Shown: in pieces, positions 10,242 to 20,274 of the stretch | How positions within the stretch are numbered: the stretch's first letter is position 1 | Layout: every line of letters starts with the position of its first letter | Source of the DNA: an uncultured Spirochaetota bacterium | GTDB lineage: Bacteria; Spirochaetota; Brevinematia; Brevinematales; JAOACQ01 | Assembly: GCA_963835575.1 (NCBI GenBank) | Contig: CAWIGG010000002.1 | Span: forward strand, 1,536,001-1,600,000 | Length of the DNA: 64,000 nucleotides | Reading direction: 5' to 3' | Translations under genes and position numbers: made by a program | Notes under the pieces: generated by a model | Seen by the model: only the letters and a program-made list of their open reading frames with translations | Databases searched by the model: none | What the model was told of the DNA's origin: nothing

Positions 10242-10388
10242 CAATCCGTTTTCCCGGTTTTTGGCATTTATGACATCTGATGGAAAATATCCGCCCATTA
10301 TGATATATTCTTAAGTGAATAATTCATCCATTCTATAAATGTATTTTATTTTTTAGAAACCGATAATTCTATTAATAAGGAGCCAGTT

Positions 10389-11129
10389 TTGAAACGTTTA
10401 AATATTTTTATACTATTACTGCTTCTCCCCGCTTTTTTATTTTCAGATATAGTTCAGGACCTTCTGAGTACCGTCAAAACAGGGAAACTGAAAGAAGTGC
10501 AGATTGTCCTATCAAAGGGGCTCACTCCCGAAGCGGCCGACCAGTACGGAAGAAGGGCAATCCATGTCGCCTGTGATTACGGATACCTCGATATTGTCAA
10601 ATTCCTGATAGAAAAAAAGGTTGATATTGAGGCAAAGGACAATAATGATTGGACGCCACTGTATTACGCATGCGGCAGCGGCCGTCTGGAAATTGTCCAG
10701 TACCTTGCCGGCAAAGGGGCCGATCTGGAAGCCAGGGATTCGAGCGGCGTCACTCCCCTCGCGCTGGCGGCATATAAAGGCCGGCTGAACATCATAGAGT
10801 TTTTGTCCGAAAAAGGCGCTTCGCTAGAGGCCGCCGATAAAAACGGCGACCTGCCGATCCATCAGGCTTCCTATAAAGGCTATACCAACATCCTGCAGTT
10901 TTTCCTAGATAAGGGAATTAATGTCAATATAACAAATTATTACGGCTGGACCCCTCTCCACAGGGCGGCGTCCGGCGGCCAGCTGGAAGCGGTTAAATTT
11001 CTTATGAAGAACGGCGCGAATAAATATCTCACGACAACAGCGAAATTTAAATTGATCCCTGCCGGCACCTATCCCCGCGATGTCGCGCTCATCTACAGGA
11101 AGATGGATGTTTTTAATTTTCTGTTTTAA
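10389..11129 (+). CDS. Ankyrin-repeat protein, probably exported
   Basis: Signal-like N-terminus; repeated GxTPLH/WTPLYYA/GxLEIVxxL units. Confidence 0.9.
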   Translation: MKRLNIFILLLLLPAFLFSDIVQDLLSTVKTGKLKEVQIVLSKGLTPEAADQYGRRAIHVACDYGYLDIVKFLIEKKVDIEAKDNNDWTPLYYACGSGRLEIVQYLAGKGADLEARDSSGVTPLALAAYKGRLNIIEFLSEKGASLEAADKNGDLPIHQASYKGYTNILQFFLDKGINVNITNYYGWTPLHRAASGGQLEAVKFLMKNGANKYLTTTAKFKLIPAGTYPRDVALIYRKMDVFNFLF

Positions 11130-11349
11130 TGTGATTCAAATTTAAACATTTCCTTGTTATAAGGATAATTTTCACAGAAAGGCACGAAGACGGGAAGTAA
11201 TTTTATTGGGTTATGTTTTATTTAATCAATTAAACAATTTCAAAAGTACCATCAAGGTCATAATTTCTGTGTAAAATCTTTCAAAATGGTTTGAATAGAT
11301 TTTTCAATAAAGAATAACAATAATTTTCTTGGCGTATCCTATCTATTTA

Positions 11350-11553
11350 GGGCAGTTCTAAAAACTCAAATATTTAGAACTGCCGCTATTATATGAGTTC
11401 ATGCTACCGCCCGAGTTCGCTGTCTGAAAAGATCATTAACCAGCGAACTCTATACGGTAGCGCCAATTAAATTTACAAGAGATTCTATAACCGGGGCAGT
11501 TCCAAAACCTATGTTGGAAATATCTGATTGATTTTGAGTTTTTGGAACTGCCC
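11350..11553 (+). mobile_element. 204-bp MITE (family A) copy 1
   Basis: Ends GGGCAGTTCTAAAAACTCAAA / TTTGAGTTTTTGGAACTGCCC; TSD TTTA on both sides; near-identical to three other copies. Confidence 0.9.
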
Positions 11554-11724
11554 TTTATAAATTTTTCCATCATACCAAACTTTTCCGCGTTTAACAGGGA
11601 TAACCATTGCTAAAAAGGGCAATTCGCAAAATTCCTGAAAATAACATTGTATCTTCCTTACCCTATACCAATGCTTTCGCGCCTCCCCCGACTGGATCGG
11701 GGGTGTCTTCCTGTTAATTAAATC

Positions 11725-12486
11725 CTACCTCAGGCTCTTGATAAAACCGCCGACGGCTTCAATACCTTTTTCCTCCGCTACTTTTATCGTCTGTGTACCG
11801 ATGATGGCGATATCGACTTTTCCTTTTAAATAATCCACATTCGTTTTTTCCTTTACCCCGAAGCCTAAAGCAAGAGGCAGGCTTGTCGCCTTACGGCATC
11901 GGGAAAGATATTCATCCAGTCCTCCGGAAAATTCCGTCCTGCGTCCCGTCACACCCTTTCTGGCCACGCAGTAAATAAAGCCCGACGCGAAGTCATTGAT
12001 CATTTTCATGCGCATATCCGGAGATGTCGGCGAATAAATGAAAATCGGGTCCAGCTTGCGCCTTTTCATTGCTTCAAGATAATCCGCGCCTTCCTCGGGC
12101 GGAAGGTCCGGCACAATAGCGCCCCTGACATCCCTGACCGTCATTTCATTTACGAATTTCTCCACTCCATACCTGTACAGAATGTTATAATAGCTCATGA
12201 AGAGAAAAGGGATGGGAAATTCTTTAGATACCAGGGAGGCAAATTCAAGACATTTCGCCACAGTCATCCCCTTCTCAAGAGCGGCGTGATTGGCCTTGAG
12301 TATCACCGGTCCGTCGGCAATCGGCTCGGAGAAAGGGATCTGGAGCTCCATCAATTCGACTCCCGCTTCAACCATTGTCCTGACCAGTTCATAAGAACCC
12401 TCCAGCGACGGGTAACCGATGACGATATGCGTCATCAGGAGGATATCCTTTGTCTTTCTTTCATTTAAAATATATTCATTCAGCAT
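11725..12486 (-). CDS. trpA: Tryptophan synthase alpha subunit
   Basis: ELQIPFSEPIADGPVI, VPDLPPEE, ARKGVTG, LGFGV; ATG at 12486 overlaps the trpB stop. Confidence 0.93.
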   Translation of the reverse strand: MLNEYILNERKTKDILLMTHIVIGYPSLEGSYELVRTMVEAGVELMELQIPFSEPIADGPVILKANHAALEKGMTVAKCLEFASLVSKEFPIPFLFMSYYNILYRYGVEKFVNEMTVRDVRGAIVPDLPPEEGADYLEAMKRRKLDPIFIYSPTSPDMRMKMINDFASGFIYCVARKGVTGRRTEFSGGLDEYLSRCRKATSLPLALGFGVKEKTNVDYLKGKVDIAIIGTQTIKVAEEKGIEAVGGFIKSLR

Positions 12487-13718
12487 TATCTGCCTCCGCC
12501 GTACTGTTCCGCTTTTTTCTTTATAAAATCCTGCCACTTCGGGTCCCCGAACGCGTCCGCCACGGTAAAAATATCCTTATCCCCCCTGCCCGACTGATTT
12601 ATGATGATGCATTCATCCTTTGATAAAGAAGGCGCTTCCTTAAAGGCCTGGACAAAGGCATGGGAAGATTCCAGCGCCGGAATGATCCCCTCCTTTTTAA
12701 TCGCCAGAGCCATCGCGTCGACGACTTCTTTGTCCGTCGCCGCTTCAAAGCGGACACGGCCGCTTGTTTTAAGATGGGAAAGGATCGGCGATACGCCGAT
12801 ATAATCCAGCCCGGCGGCTATGCTGTGCGTTTCCTTCATCTGGCCGTCGGAATCCTGCAGAAAGAATGTTTTGTACCCCTGCGCGACGCCGATACTCCCG
12901 TCATCCGATGCCAGTCTCGCAGCATGCCGGCCGGTTTTAAGCCCTTCGCCGCCGGCCTCCACCCCGATAAGATCGACTTTATCATCCAGAAAGGCGGAAA
13001 AGATGCCGAGCGCGTTCGACCCGCCGCCGACACAGGCGTAAATCCTTTCAGGCAGCTTCTGCTCCTTCTGGATAATCTGCTTTCTCGCCTCTTTTCCGAT
13101 GATGGACTGGAAGTACATCACCATCTCCGGAAAGGGATGGGGGCCGCATGCCGTGCCAAGCACGTAATGCGTCGTGTCCATATTCGTCACCCAGTCGCGG
13201 AGCGCTTCGTTAATGGCGTCCTTCAGCGTGCGCGCACCGGTCGTCACCGGAATCACCTCGGCGCCGAGCTGTTCCATCCAGAAGACATTCGGGCGCTGCC
13301 GCATCACATCCACCTCGCCCATATAGACCGTGCACTCAAATCCGAATTTGGCCGCCATTGTGGCTGTCGCCACGCCATGCTGGCCGGCGCCTGTTTCGGC
13401 GATCACGCGTTTTTTGCCCATTCTTTTTACAAGAAGGCCCTGGCCCATTACGTTATTCGCCTTATGAGCCCCGGTATGGTTCAAGTCCTCGCGCTTGATG
13501 TAAATCTTCGCGCCGCCGAATAAGTTTGTCAGATTTTCAGCGTATGTGAGCGGCGTCGGGCGGCAGGAATAATTTGACATCAGATTTTCATATTCCTTCC
13601 AGAATGACAGGTCCTTTTTCGCTTCTTCAAAATATTTTGTCAATTCCCCGATGGTGGCAATCAGGACTTCCGGCATAAATGCGCCGCCGAACTCTCCATA
13701 ATACCCTTTTTTATCCAT
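12486..13718 (-). CDS. trpB: Tryptophan synthase beta subunit
   Basis: KREDLNHTGAHK (PLP lysine), AETGAGQHG, CVGGGSNA, SGRGDKD; AAGGAG RBS before ATG 13718. Confidence 0.95.
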   Translation of the reverse strand: MDKKGYYGEFGGAFMPEVLIATIGELTKYFEEAKKDLSFWKEYENLMSNYSCRPTPLTYAENLTNLFGGAKIYIKREDLNHTGAHKANNVMGQGLLVKRMGKKRVIAETGAGQHGVATATMAAKFGFECTVYMGEVDVMRQRPNVFWMEQLGAEVIPVTTGARTLKDAINEALRDWVTNMDTTHYVLGTACGPHPFPEMVMYFQSIIGKEARKQIIQKEQKLPERIYACVGGGSNALGIFSAFLDDKVDLIGVEAGGEGLKTGRHAARLASDDGSIGVAQGYKTFFLQDSDGQMKETHSIAAGLDYIGVSPILSHLKTSGRVRFEAATDKEVVDAMALAIKKEGIIPALESSHAFVQAFKEAPSLSKDECIIINQSGRGDKDIFTVADAFGDPKWQDFIKKKAEQYGGGR

Positions 13719-13902
13719 AAAGTTCTCCTTCGAAATCTTCACCATATCAAAAACTTTCTATTCTAAAACAATTCAACAATTTTTATCACAGGAATCCGGG
13801 AAGTAATGAAGATCTTTTTATAGCAAGCCTCCTTATACAGTTTCTTAACACAACTTCTAAATCTAAAGAATTATTGGGATTTTTCTTAGCAATCAATATT
13901 AT

Positions 13903-14106
13903 GGGCAGTTCTAAAAACTCAAATATTTAGAACTGCCGCTATTATATGAGTTCATGCTACCGCCCGAGTTCGCTGTCTGAAAAGATCATCAACCAGCGAA
14001 CTCTATACGGTAGCGCCAATTAAATTTACAAGAGATTCTATAACCGGGGCAGTTCCAAAACCTATGTTGGAAATATCTGATTGATTTTGAGTTTTTGGAA
14101 CTGCCC
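13903..14106 (+). mobile_element. 204-bp MITE (family A) copy 2
   Basis: Same sequence as copy 1 apart from about one substitution; TSD TTAT. Confidence 0.9.
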
Positions 14107-14192
14107 TTATTCAATTCTTTTCCTTCTTATTATTTCTTCCCGCCTTCCATTCTTCCTCTTTATTAAATTTTAGGTTTTAATAATAGCTTCAA

Positions 14193-14915
14193 TTATATTT
14201 CCCCGCCCAGTTCCTGATAAAAGACAAATCTGTCCGTCCTGCAGTAAAGCTCGGAATAAAAGGCATCATGTTTCTGCTTAAAATAAAGCTCTCTTTTAAC
14301 AAGAAGGACCGGCTCGCTTTTTTTTAAGCCGAGCAGGTCAGCTTTCCCGCCGTCCAGGCTGACTACTCCGAAGCTTTGCCTGCCGCCGGCCGGTTTTAAA
14401 TAAAAATGATCTTCAATAATATTGGAAATGGACTGACCCTGAAGGTCATACTTTTCCAATCCCTTGAAGATTTCCATATCCAGATAGATCTCTTCTAAAA
14501 GGACCGGTTCTTTTTCGACCATACTCAACCTTGACAAATGGTACATCATCCTGCCCTTATATGGATGTGTCTCTTCCTCTATTTTAATTAATTCCAGTTT
14601 TCTGATAATTTTCTGCTCAACTTTTATCCCTTCCTTTTGAAAAGCCGCGCTTGTTCCCGCCAGCGAAAAAAGGCCTACTTCCTTCGGCCTGTCATTCACA
14701 AATGTCCCGGCGCCTTTCCGCCGGACAAGAAGGCCTTTCCGGCAAAGGAGGTCTAATGCCTGCCGCACGGTCGGCCTGCCGATTTTATATTCTTTAACAA
14801 GCTCATTTTCCGAGGGGATTTTATCACCTGTCTTCAATTCATTACTCTCAATCATTGTCTGCAATTTCTGCGCCAGCTGATGATAGAGAGGAAGCGGAGA
14901 TTCCGTATTCAGCAC
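14193..14915 (-). CDS. GntR-family regulator (HutC subfamily, UTRA domain)
   Basis: PLYHQL..IPSENEL..GRPTVRQAL..GAGTFV winged helix; C-terminal UTRA; GTG start with AAGGAG RBS. Confidence 0.9.
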   Translation of the reverse strand: MLNTESPLPLYHQLAQKLQTMIESNELKTGDKIPSENELVKEYKIGRPTVRQALDLLCRKGLLVRRKGAGTFVNDRPKEVGLFSLAGTSAAFQKEGIKVEQKIIRKLELIKIEEETHPYKGRMMYHLSRLSMVEKEPVLLEEIYLDMEIFKGLEKYDLQGQSISNIIEDHFYLKPAGGRQSFGVVSLDGGKADLLGLKKSEPVLLVKRELYFKQKHDAFYSELYCRTDRFVFYQELGGEI

Positions 14916-14935
14916 TATAAACTCCTTATAAAAAT

Positions 14936-14969
14936 ATTATATCATAAAGATGTAAAGTTGTCAATACAA
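14936..14969 (-). promoter_or_regulatory. Consensus sigma70 promoter of the gntR gene with overlapping candidate GntR operator
   Basis: Minus strand TTGACA (14964-14959)-17 nt-TATAAT (14941-14936); TTGTATTGACAA quasi-palindrome at 14958-14969. Confidence 0.75.
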
Positions 14970-15211
14970 GTTTAAATAAATGATTCTCACTTCTGATCCA
15001 AACAGTATTTAATATAAATCCAATAGAATAGAAAGTTTTTTTAGTGTATTAAAAAAAACACGGGCGTTCCCTCGAATGTTTTTGAATCGAATTAATTATT
15101 GATTATTATCAATATAATCCTGCAGCTGGGCGCGCAGAATCGATTTTTTTACTATCATTACAAAGATCCTAATATTTAAGACATTATTATAATTGCAGGA
15201 GTTGAGTTTCC

Positions 15212-15967
15212 CTATATTTCAATTTCATTACCGGGTTTAAGTAAAATTATTTCTTCCCGCCCATAAAAAGATTCCTGTTTTAATTTTTCTTTATAATGGG
15301 TAAAAGTACCCCAATGCACCGGGATTATCATTTTGGGTTTTATTATATTATTTAATCTGATAATATCTTCTGTATTATTGGTTATCCGGCCTATAATCTT
15401 AGATAAAAAGCCTGAACCTACTCCGGCTGAACCGGCATTGATTATTGCTAAATCAATATCCTTCTTTAAATACTTTTTCATTCCATTAAAAAATACTCCA
15501 TCGCCGGAAATATAAATATCATATTGCCGGTTTTCATATTTTAAAGCCAGTAAATATCCATTCCCATTCCCGACTAAATAACTAAACGCTTTTATTCCGG
15601 CATGATAAGCGGGAACTGCTTTTATTATTATCTCTGTGTTTTTAATAAATATTTGTTTTTTCTCTTTCCAATCAAGAACAGTCATATTTTTGAATTTTTT
15701 ATATACCGACCTATCTCCGATCACTATCGAATTTTTGATTTTTTCTCTGCCTGAAGCGTCCAGATGATCTTCATGATTATGCGTTAATAACCAGAGATCA
15801 ACACCGCTGAAATCGCTTTCATTATAGACAGGGGCTTCAAGACGTCTGGATTTAAAATATTTATAATCCTGAACGGATCCTTTCGGGCATAAAACAGGAT
15901 CGCATGCTATTTTCACACCGTTTACCGTTAAAATCCATGTCGCCCCGCCGATCCATTTAAAAACCAT
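15212..15967 (-). CDS. MBL-fold metallo-hydrolase
   Basis: THNHEDHLD, YH, SGD, PVHWGTF motifs. Confidence 0.85.
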   Translation of the reverse strand: MVFKWIGGATWILTVNGVKIACDPVLCPKGSVQDYKYFKSRRLEAPVYNESDFSGVDLWLLTHNHEDHLDASGREKIKNSIVIGDRSVYKKFKNMTVLDWKEKKQIFIKNTEIIIKAVPAYHAGIKAFSYLVGNGNGYLLALKYENRQYDIYISGDGVFFNGMKKYLKKDIDLAIINAGSAGVGSGFLSKIIGRITNNTEDIIRLNNIIKPKMIIPVHWGTFTHYKEKLKQESFYGREEIILLKPGNEIEI

Positions 15968-15990
15968 TAGTTATATACCCGCCTTCATAA

Positions 15991-16276
15991 TCAATTATCC
16001 TCCGCTTTTCTTAAAACCCTATTAGTCATAATATCCATAAATTTATCTTTTTCTTCAAACAAACAAAAATGGGCCGAGTTTTCAAACCATATCAATTCCT
16101 TTTCCGGAGCTTTTAAAACCTGGTAATACTCTTCAACCAGAGCGGACACAGCGTCATAATCATGTCTTCCGGCAAGAAAGTAAACCGGGACTTTTATTTC
16201 TGGAGTTGTTTTAAAAAGTTTTGATCGATTATATCAGGCCATATCCTGTTCATGCTGATTTTCATTTTATCAACCA
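15991..16276 (-). pseudogene. Frameshifted C-terminal remnant of an alpha/beta hydrolase (proline iminopeptidase-like)
   Basis: Minus strand SMNRIWPDIIDQN, frameshift near 16215, then KTTPEIKVPVYFLAGRHDYDAVSALVEEYYQVLKAPEKELIWFENSAHFCLFEEKDKF..*. Confidence 0.75.
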
Positions 16277-16301
16277 TTCCCAGACTTTTTAAAATAGAAA
16301 G

Positions 16302-16943
16302 TCATTCTGTGATCTTGCTTTTCAGGTATTTTATCAGATTGGTATTGTTCCTTTCAATAGCTATACCCAGGGCGGTTTTTCCGTCAAGACCCGCCGCGTT
16401 AATATCGGCCTCATTTTCCACAAGGATTTTTACCAGTTCGAGTGTTCCGTCATATGCCGCCATTATCAAAGCCGTCATGCCGTTATTCGCTTTCAAATTC
16501 ACATCCGCGCTGTTATCAATAAGGACTTTTACAATTTCGATTTTCCCGTAATAAGAGGAACACATTAAAGCGGTCCAGCCGAATTCATTCATATCATTTA
16601 CCTGAGCGCCTTTTTGGATTAATATTTTTACAATCTCAGGATTGCCTTTTAAAGAACCCTCTATCAAAGACGTCCAGCCTTCCTTCGTTTTTGCATTGAC
16701 ATTAGCGCCTTTTTCGATCAGGATTTTAACCGTCTCAATCCTGCCGATATCAGCGGCAATCATTAAAGCTGTCAATCCGGCTTCATTTTTAGCTTCAACA
16801 TCCGCGCCGGCATCCAATGCTTTAATAATTCCGGCCGTATCGCCTTTTTGGACAGCTGTTATAAGGTTGTCATTAGGAGAAGCCGATAGTGATGTAGTAA
16901 ATATCAGTGTAAATAGAAAAATAATTAAAGGTATTTTAACCAT
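16302..16943 (-). CDS. Ankyrin-repeat protein, probably exported
   Basis: Signal peptide; GLTALMIAA, GWTALM, GMTALIMAA, GADVN repeats. Confidence 0.9.
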   Translation of the reverse strand: MVKIPLIIFLFTLIFTTSLSASPNDNLITAVQKGDTAGIIKALDAGADVEAKNEAGLTALMIAADIGRIETVKILIEKGANVNAKTKEGWTSLIEGSLKGNPEIVKILIQKGAQVNDMNEFGWTALMCSSYYGKIEIVKVLIDNSADVNLKANNGMTALIMAAYDGTLELVKILVENEADINAAGLDGKTALGIAIERNNTNLIKYLKSKITE

Positions 16944-17043
16944 AACTTGACCTCAGTAAACAATTAATTATATTATAATACACTTATGAAGTAAAATAAT
17001 CATATTTTTAAAAAAAATAAAATTCTACTGTAAATTTATCATT

Positions 17044-17078
17044 TCATATACCCTGACTTACTACGTCAGGGTATATGA
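17044..17078. promoter_or_regulatory. Perfect 14-bp inverted repeat, candidate operator
   Basis: TCATATACCCTGAC-TTACTAC-GTCAGGGTATATGA about 30 nt upstream of the 17110 gene in a divergent intergenic region. Confidence 0.6.
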
Positions 17079-17109
17079 TTTATAATAATATAAATAAATT
17101 TAAAGGAGA

Positions 17110-17460
17110 ATGACCATGGAAAAAATCATCGGTTATTGCGGCATCACATGCAGCGAATGTCCCGCATATAAGGCAACTATCAAGAATGATGAAAAGGAGA
17201 AGGAGATCGTGGCAAAAATGTGGTCTAAGCAGTTTAATATGGATATCAAGCCTGAGTCCATCAATTGCTTCGGCTGTACATCACTCGGGAAACCGCTTTC
17301 AGGCTATTGCCTGACTTGTAATATAAGAAAATGCGCTTTAGAAAAAGGCATTGAAAGCTGCGCCTTCTGCAGCGGCTATAGCTGCGGCACTCTGTCTGCT
17401 TTTGTCGCTCATATTCCGCAGGCCCAGGAAAATTTAAAGGCGTTCAGGGATCAAAAATAA
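17110..17460 (+). CDS. Cys-rich DUF3795-like protein
   Basis: YCGITCSECPAY, CFGC, CNIRKCA, CAFC pattern; AAGGAG RBS. Confidence 0.8.
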   Translation: MTMEKIIGYCGITCSECPAYKATIKNDEKEKEIVAKMWSKQFNMDIKPESINCFGCTSLGKPLSGYCLTCNIRKCALEKGIESCAFCSGYSCGTLSAFVAHIPQAQENLKAFRDQK

Positions 17461-17466
17461 TACCAA

Positions 17467-17501
17467 GGGCAGTTCCAAGGACAAATGTTTTGGAACTGCC
17501 C
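17467..17501. repeat. Solo terminal hairpin module of MITE family A
   Basis: GGGCAGTTCCAA-11 nt-TTGGAACTGCCC. Confidence 0.8.
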
Positions 17502-17518
17502 GGAAATCCAAAATCAAA

Positions 17519-18892
17519 ATGGGGATAAAAATGCATGATTTTAGAAAAATCTCGAAAAGAATTTTCGTCATCGGAATTCCCATCATCATTCAGTCTCTTG
17601 TCCAGTTCGCGCTGATCATGACTGACATAGGTTTTATCGGCCATTATAAAATATCAGGCCTTTCAGCTATACAGAACGCCGTCGCGCCCTTTTTCATACT
17701 GAATTCCTTTTTCTTTGCCCTCGGCCAGGGTTTAACCATCCTTATCACGCAGTCCATAGGCGCCGGAAAGAAAAAAAACGCTGTGCGCTACGCCGAAGCG
17801 GCTTTCTTTTTTAATCAGTCAATCTCTTTTATCTTTCTCTTTTTCTGGCTGGCATCAGGAGGAATGATCCTGCAGCTTGTAGGCTCAAAAAACGAGATCC
17901 TGGCCATGGGCAGGACCTACCTGTGGATAATGTCTTTTTCCTTTCTCACTCTCGGCTCCGGTTTTACCGCCGGCTATATACTCCAGGGTCTTGGCAGGAC
18001 GCTTCCGATCATGGTTGTCAGTATTTTTAAAACGGCGCTGAACGTTTTTCTGAATTGGGTCCTCATATTCGGGAAGCTGGGTTTCCCCGAATTGGGTATT
18101 GCCGGGTCGGCCCTGGGTACGCTGATCAGCAATTTCCTGGGAGATATCATTACCATATTGATCGTATTCTCGTTAAAAGATTTTTCCCTCAGGATCAGGG
18201 GAATTTTCAGACCGCATTTTCTTCTGTTCAGAAGGATCATTTCCCTCAGCCTTCCAGCGGGAATTGAGGCCTTTCTCTGGGAATCCGGCCAGACATCGCT
18301 GATCGTCATATTGAATAAGATAGACCCGATGGCCAGCGGCTACTTTACCGTGATGAATATGCTCAATCATCTTTCCTTTAATTTTTATATCGGTTTCGGA
18401 ATAGCGTCCCTTGTCCTTGTCGGTCATGCCACCGGCGCTAAAAAACCGAAGGCGGCCCTGTACGCCAACATGGTCTGCCTTTTTTATTCTTTCATGTTCT
18501 GCATAGCGCTTGCGGTTATTTATTCCCTGTTTCCCAAAGCTGTTGTGGGATTATTTATTAATAGTCCCGCCGCCATAGAAAAACTCGCCCCTCTATTGTT
18601 TATCATTATATTGGTGATTTTCCCAAAAGCCGTCAACGTCGTTACGGGAAATTCCATCCGCGGTACCGGGAACACAGTCTGGATGATGCTCACGCAGGTA
18701 TTCGGAACGGTAATCATCATCCTGACGGCCGGACTTCTTGCATTGCCGGCCGGCCTTGGACTGGCCGGTGTTTTGATCGCATTGTTCTTTGACGAATTCT
18801 GGAGGAGTATTTTAAACCTGTCTAAATTTATCTTTTCTCAAAACCGTAAAATCAAAGAATTATCTGAAAGAAGACTTGGAATAATATCTTAA
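17519..18892 (+). CDS. MATE-family efflux transporter
   Basis: About 12 TM segments; QSIGAG, NVFLNWVLIFGKLGFPELGIAGSALGT, IRGTGNT. Confidence 0.9.
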   Translation: MGIKMHDFRKISKRIFVIGIPIIIQSLVQFALIMTDIGFIGHYKISGLSAIQNAVAPFFILNSFFFALGQGLTILITQSIGAGKKKNAVRYAEAAFFFNQSISFIFLFFWLASGGMILQLVGSKNEILAMGRTYLWIMSFSFLTLGSGFTAGYILQGLGRTLPIMVVSIFKTALNVFLNWVLIFGKLGFPELGIAGSALGTLISNFLGDIITILIVFSLKDFSLRIRGIFRPHFLLFRRIISLSLPAGIEAFLWESGQTSLIVILNKIDPMASGYFTVMNMLNHLSFNFYIGFGIASLVLVGHATGAKKPKAALYANMVCLFYSFMFCIALAVIYSLFPKAVVGLFINSPAAIEKLAPLLFIIILVIFPKAVNVVTGNSIRGTGNTVWMMLTQVFGTVIIILTAGLLALPAGLGLAGVLIALFFDEFWRSILNLSKFIFSQNRKIKELSERRLGIIS

Positions 18893-18902
18893 GAGGTTTT
18901 CC

Positions 18903-19613
18903 ATGGTAAAAATAAAATGGTTCCCTCCATCCTGGGTTCAAATAACATATAACAATGAATTGCTTTACATTGATCCGTCTTATTTAAAAAAATATTATAT
19001 TCATCATCCATCCCGAATAGAATACTCCTCATGGCCGGATGAAACAGACGGTCTGCCTGAAGATTTACCGAAGGCTGATGTTATCCTGATCACGCATGAG
19101 CATAAGGATCACTGCAAATACGTTACAATAAACAGGCTTTCTCATTCAAGAACAGTCATATATGGACCTAAGAAATGCGGGAAAGTAATAGATAACGGGA
19201 AATTAAAAATTATAAAACCAGGAGAGACATTCATCGCCGGAAGTTTTATTATCTCCGCAGTTTTTGCCTATAATACGCCGGGAGGCAGCGCCAAAAAAAA
19301 AGTTCATAAAAAAGGCACCGGCCTGGGTTATTTGATTTCAACAGACTAAAAAGTCATTTATCATCCGGGCGATACCGGTTTTATACCGGAAATGAACAAT
19401 CTCGGCAACGTGGACCTCGCTTTTATGCCGATAGACGGTACATTTACAATGGGTATTAATGAAGCGGTTCAAGCAGCTCTTGCCGTATCGCCGATGATTA
19501 CTGTGCCTATTCATGTCGGGAAAAATAATCCGCTTTTATTTAAGAAGGAACTTGAAAAGACCACAAAATTAAAAGCTCGAATTTTGGGAATCGGCGAAAC
19601 TATGAAATTATAA
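18903..19613 (+). pseudogene. MBL-fold metallo-hydrolase with in-frame TAA at 19347-19349
   Basis: THEHKDH in the first part; the same frame continues LISTD*KVIYHPGDTGFIPEM..PIH. Confidence 0.85.
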
Positions 19614-19649
19614 ATAATCATTACAATAAATTTCTTAAGAAGGATTTTT

Positions 19650-20258
19650 ATGAAGAAAACCCTGATCATTATCGGTATCATTATACTCGCCGCGGTCATT
19701 ACAGCAGCTTTTTTTCTGTTCTCCGGTCCGTATGTAACAAAATATTTATCTCTCAAAAATCCCAGGATTATAACACTTCCCAATCAAAAAGTCCTTTTCG
19801 TTGAAGCAAAAGGCGACCCGAACATCACCGGCATGAAGGCATTCGCTTTGTTATTTAAAACATATTTCAGCCTGAAGGAGACGCCGAAGGGACCTTCCAT
19901 GCCCGCTCCCCGCGCCCGGTGGGTGCTCACATTCGAAATGCCGAAAAAAAACATGATCGGTTATATCGCCATGCCGGTCCCCGAATCGGTTTCATCTATT
20001 CCTGAAATGACAAATGATGAAGGCATGAAAGTTGTCCTGACCAATTGGGAATACGGTGAAACAGCCGAAATTCTCCATATCGGCCCGTATGATAAAGAAA
20101 CCCCTACGATTGAAAAATTGATGAAATTCATCAAAGACAGCGGCTATGAGACCGCCGGCCTTCATGAAGAGGAATACATCAAAGGTCCCGGAATGCTGTT
20201 CTCCAGCCCGAAAGATTATTATACGATCATCCGGTATAGAGTAAAAAAACGGGGTTAA
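19650..20258 (+). CDS. GyrI-like small-molecule-binding domain protein with N-terminal membrane anchor
   Basis: KGDPN, ILHIGPYDKE, GLHEEEYIKGPG, YYTIIRYRV. Confidence 0.8.
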   Translation: MKKTLIIIGIIILAAVITAAFFLFSGPYVTKYLSLKNPRIITLPNQKVLFVEAKGDPNITGMKAFALLFKTYFSLKETPKGPSMPAPRARWVLTFEMPKKNMIGYIAMPVPESVSSIPEMTNDEGMKVVLTNWEYGETAEILHIGPYDKETPTIEKLMKFIKDSGYETAGLHEEEYIKGPGMLFSSPKDYYTIIRYRVKKRG

Positions 20259-20274
20259 AATATGGAGGAGAATC

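Noticed and set aside
11393..11470. 25-codon ORF (MSSCYRPSS...) inside the MITE
   Set aside because: No RBS or recognisable motif; shared only because the element copies are near-identical
12660..13523. 287-aa plus-strand ORF and similar long antisense ORFs (e.g. 7303-8067)
   Set aside because: They overlap well-supported genes on the opposite strand and have no motifs
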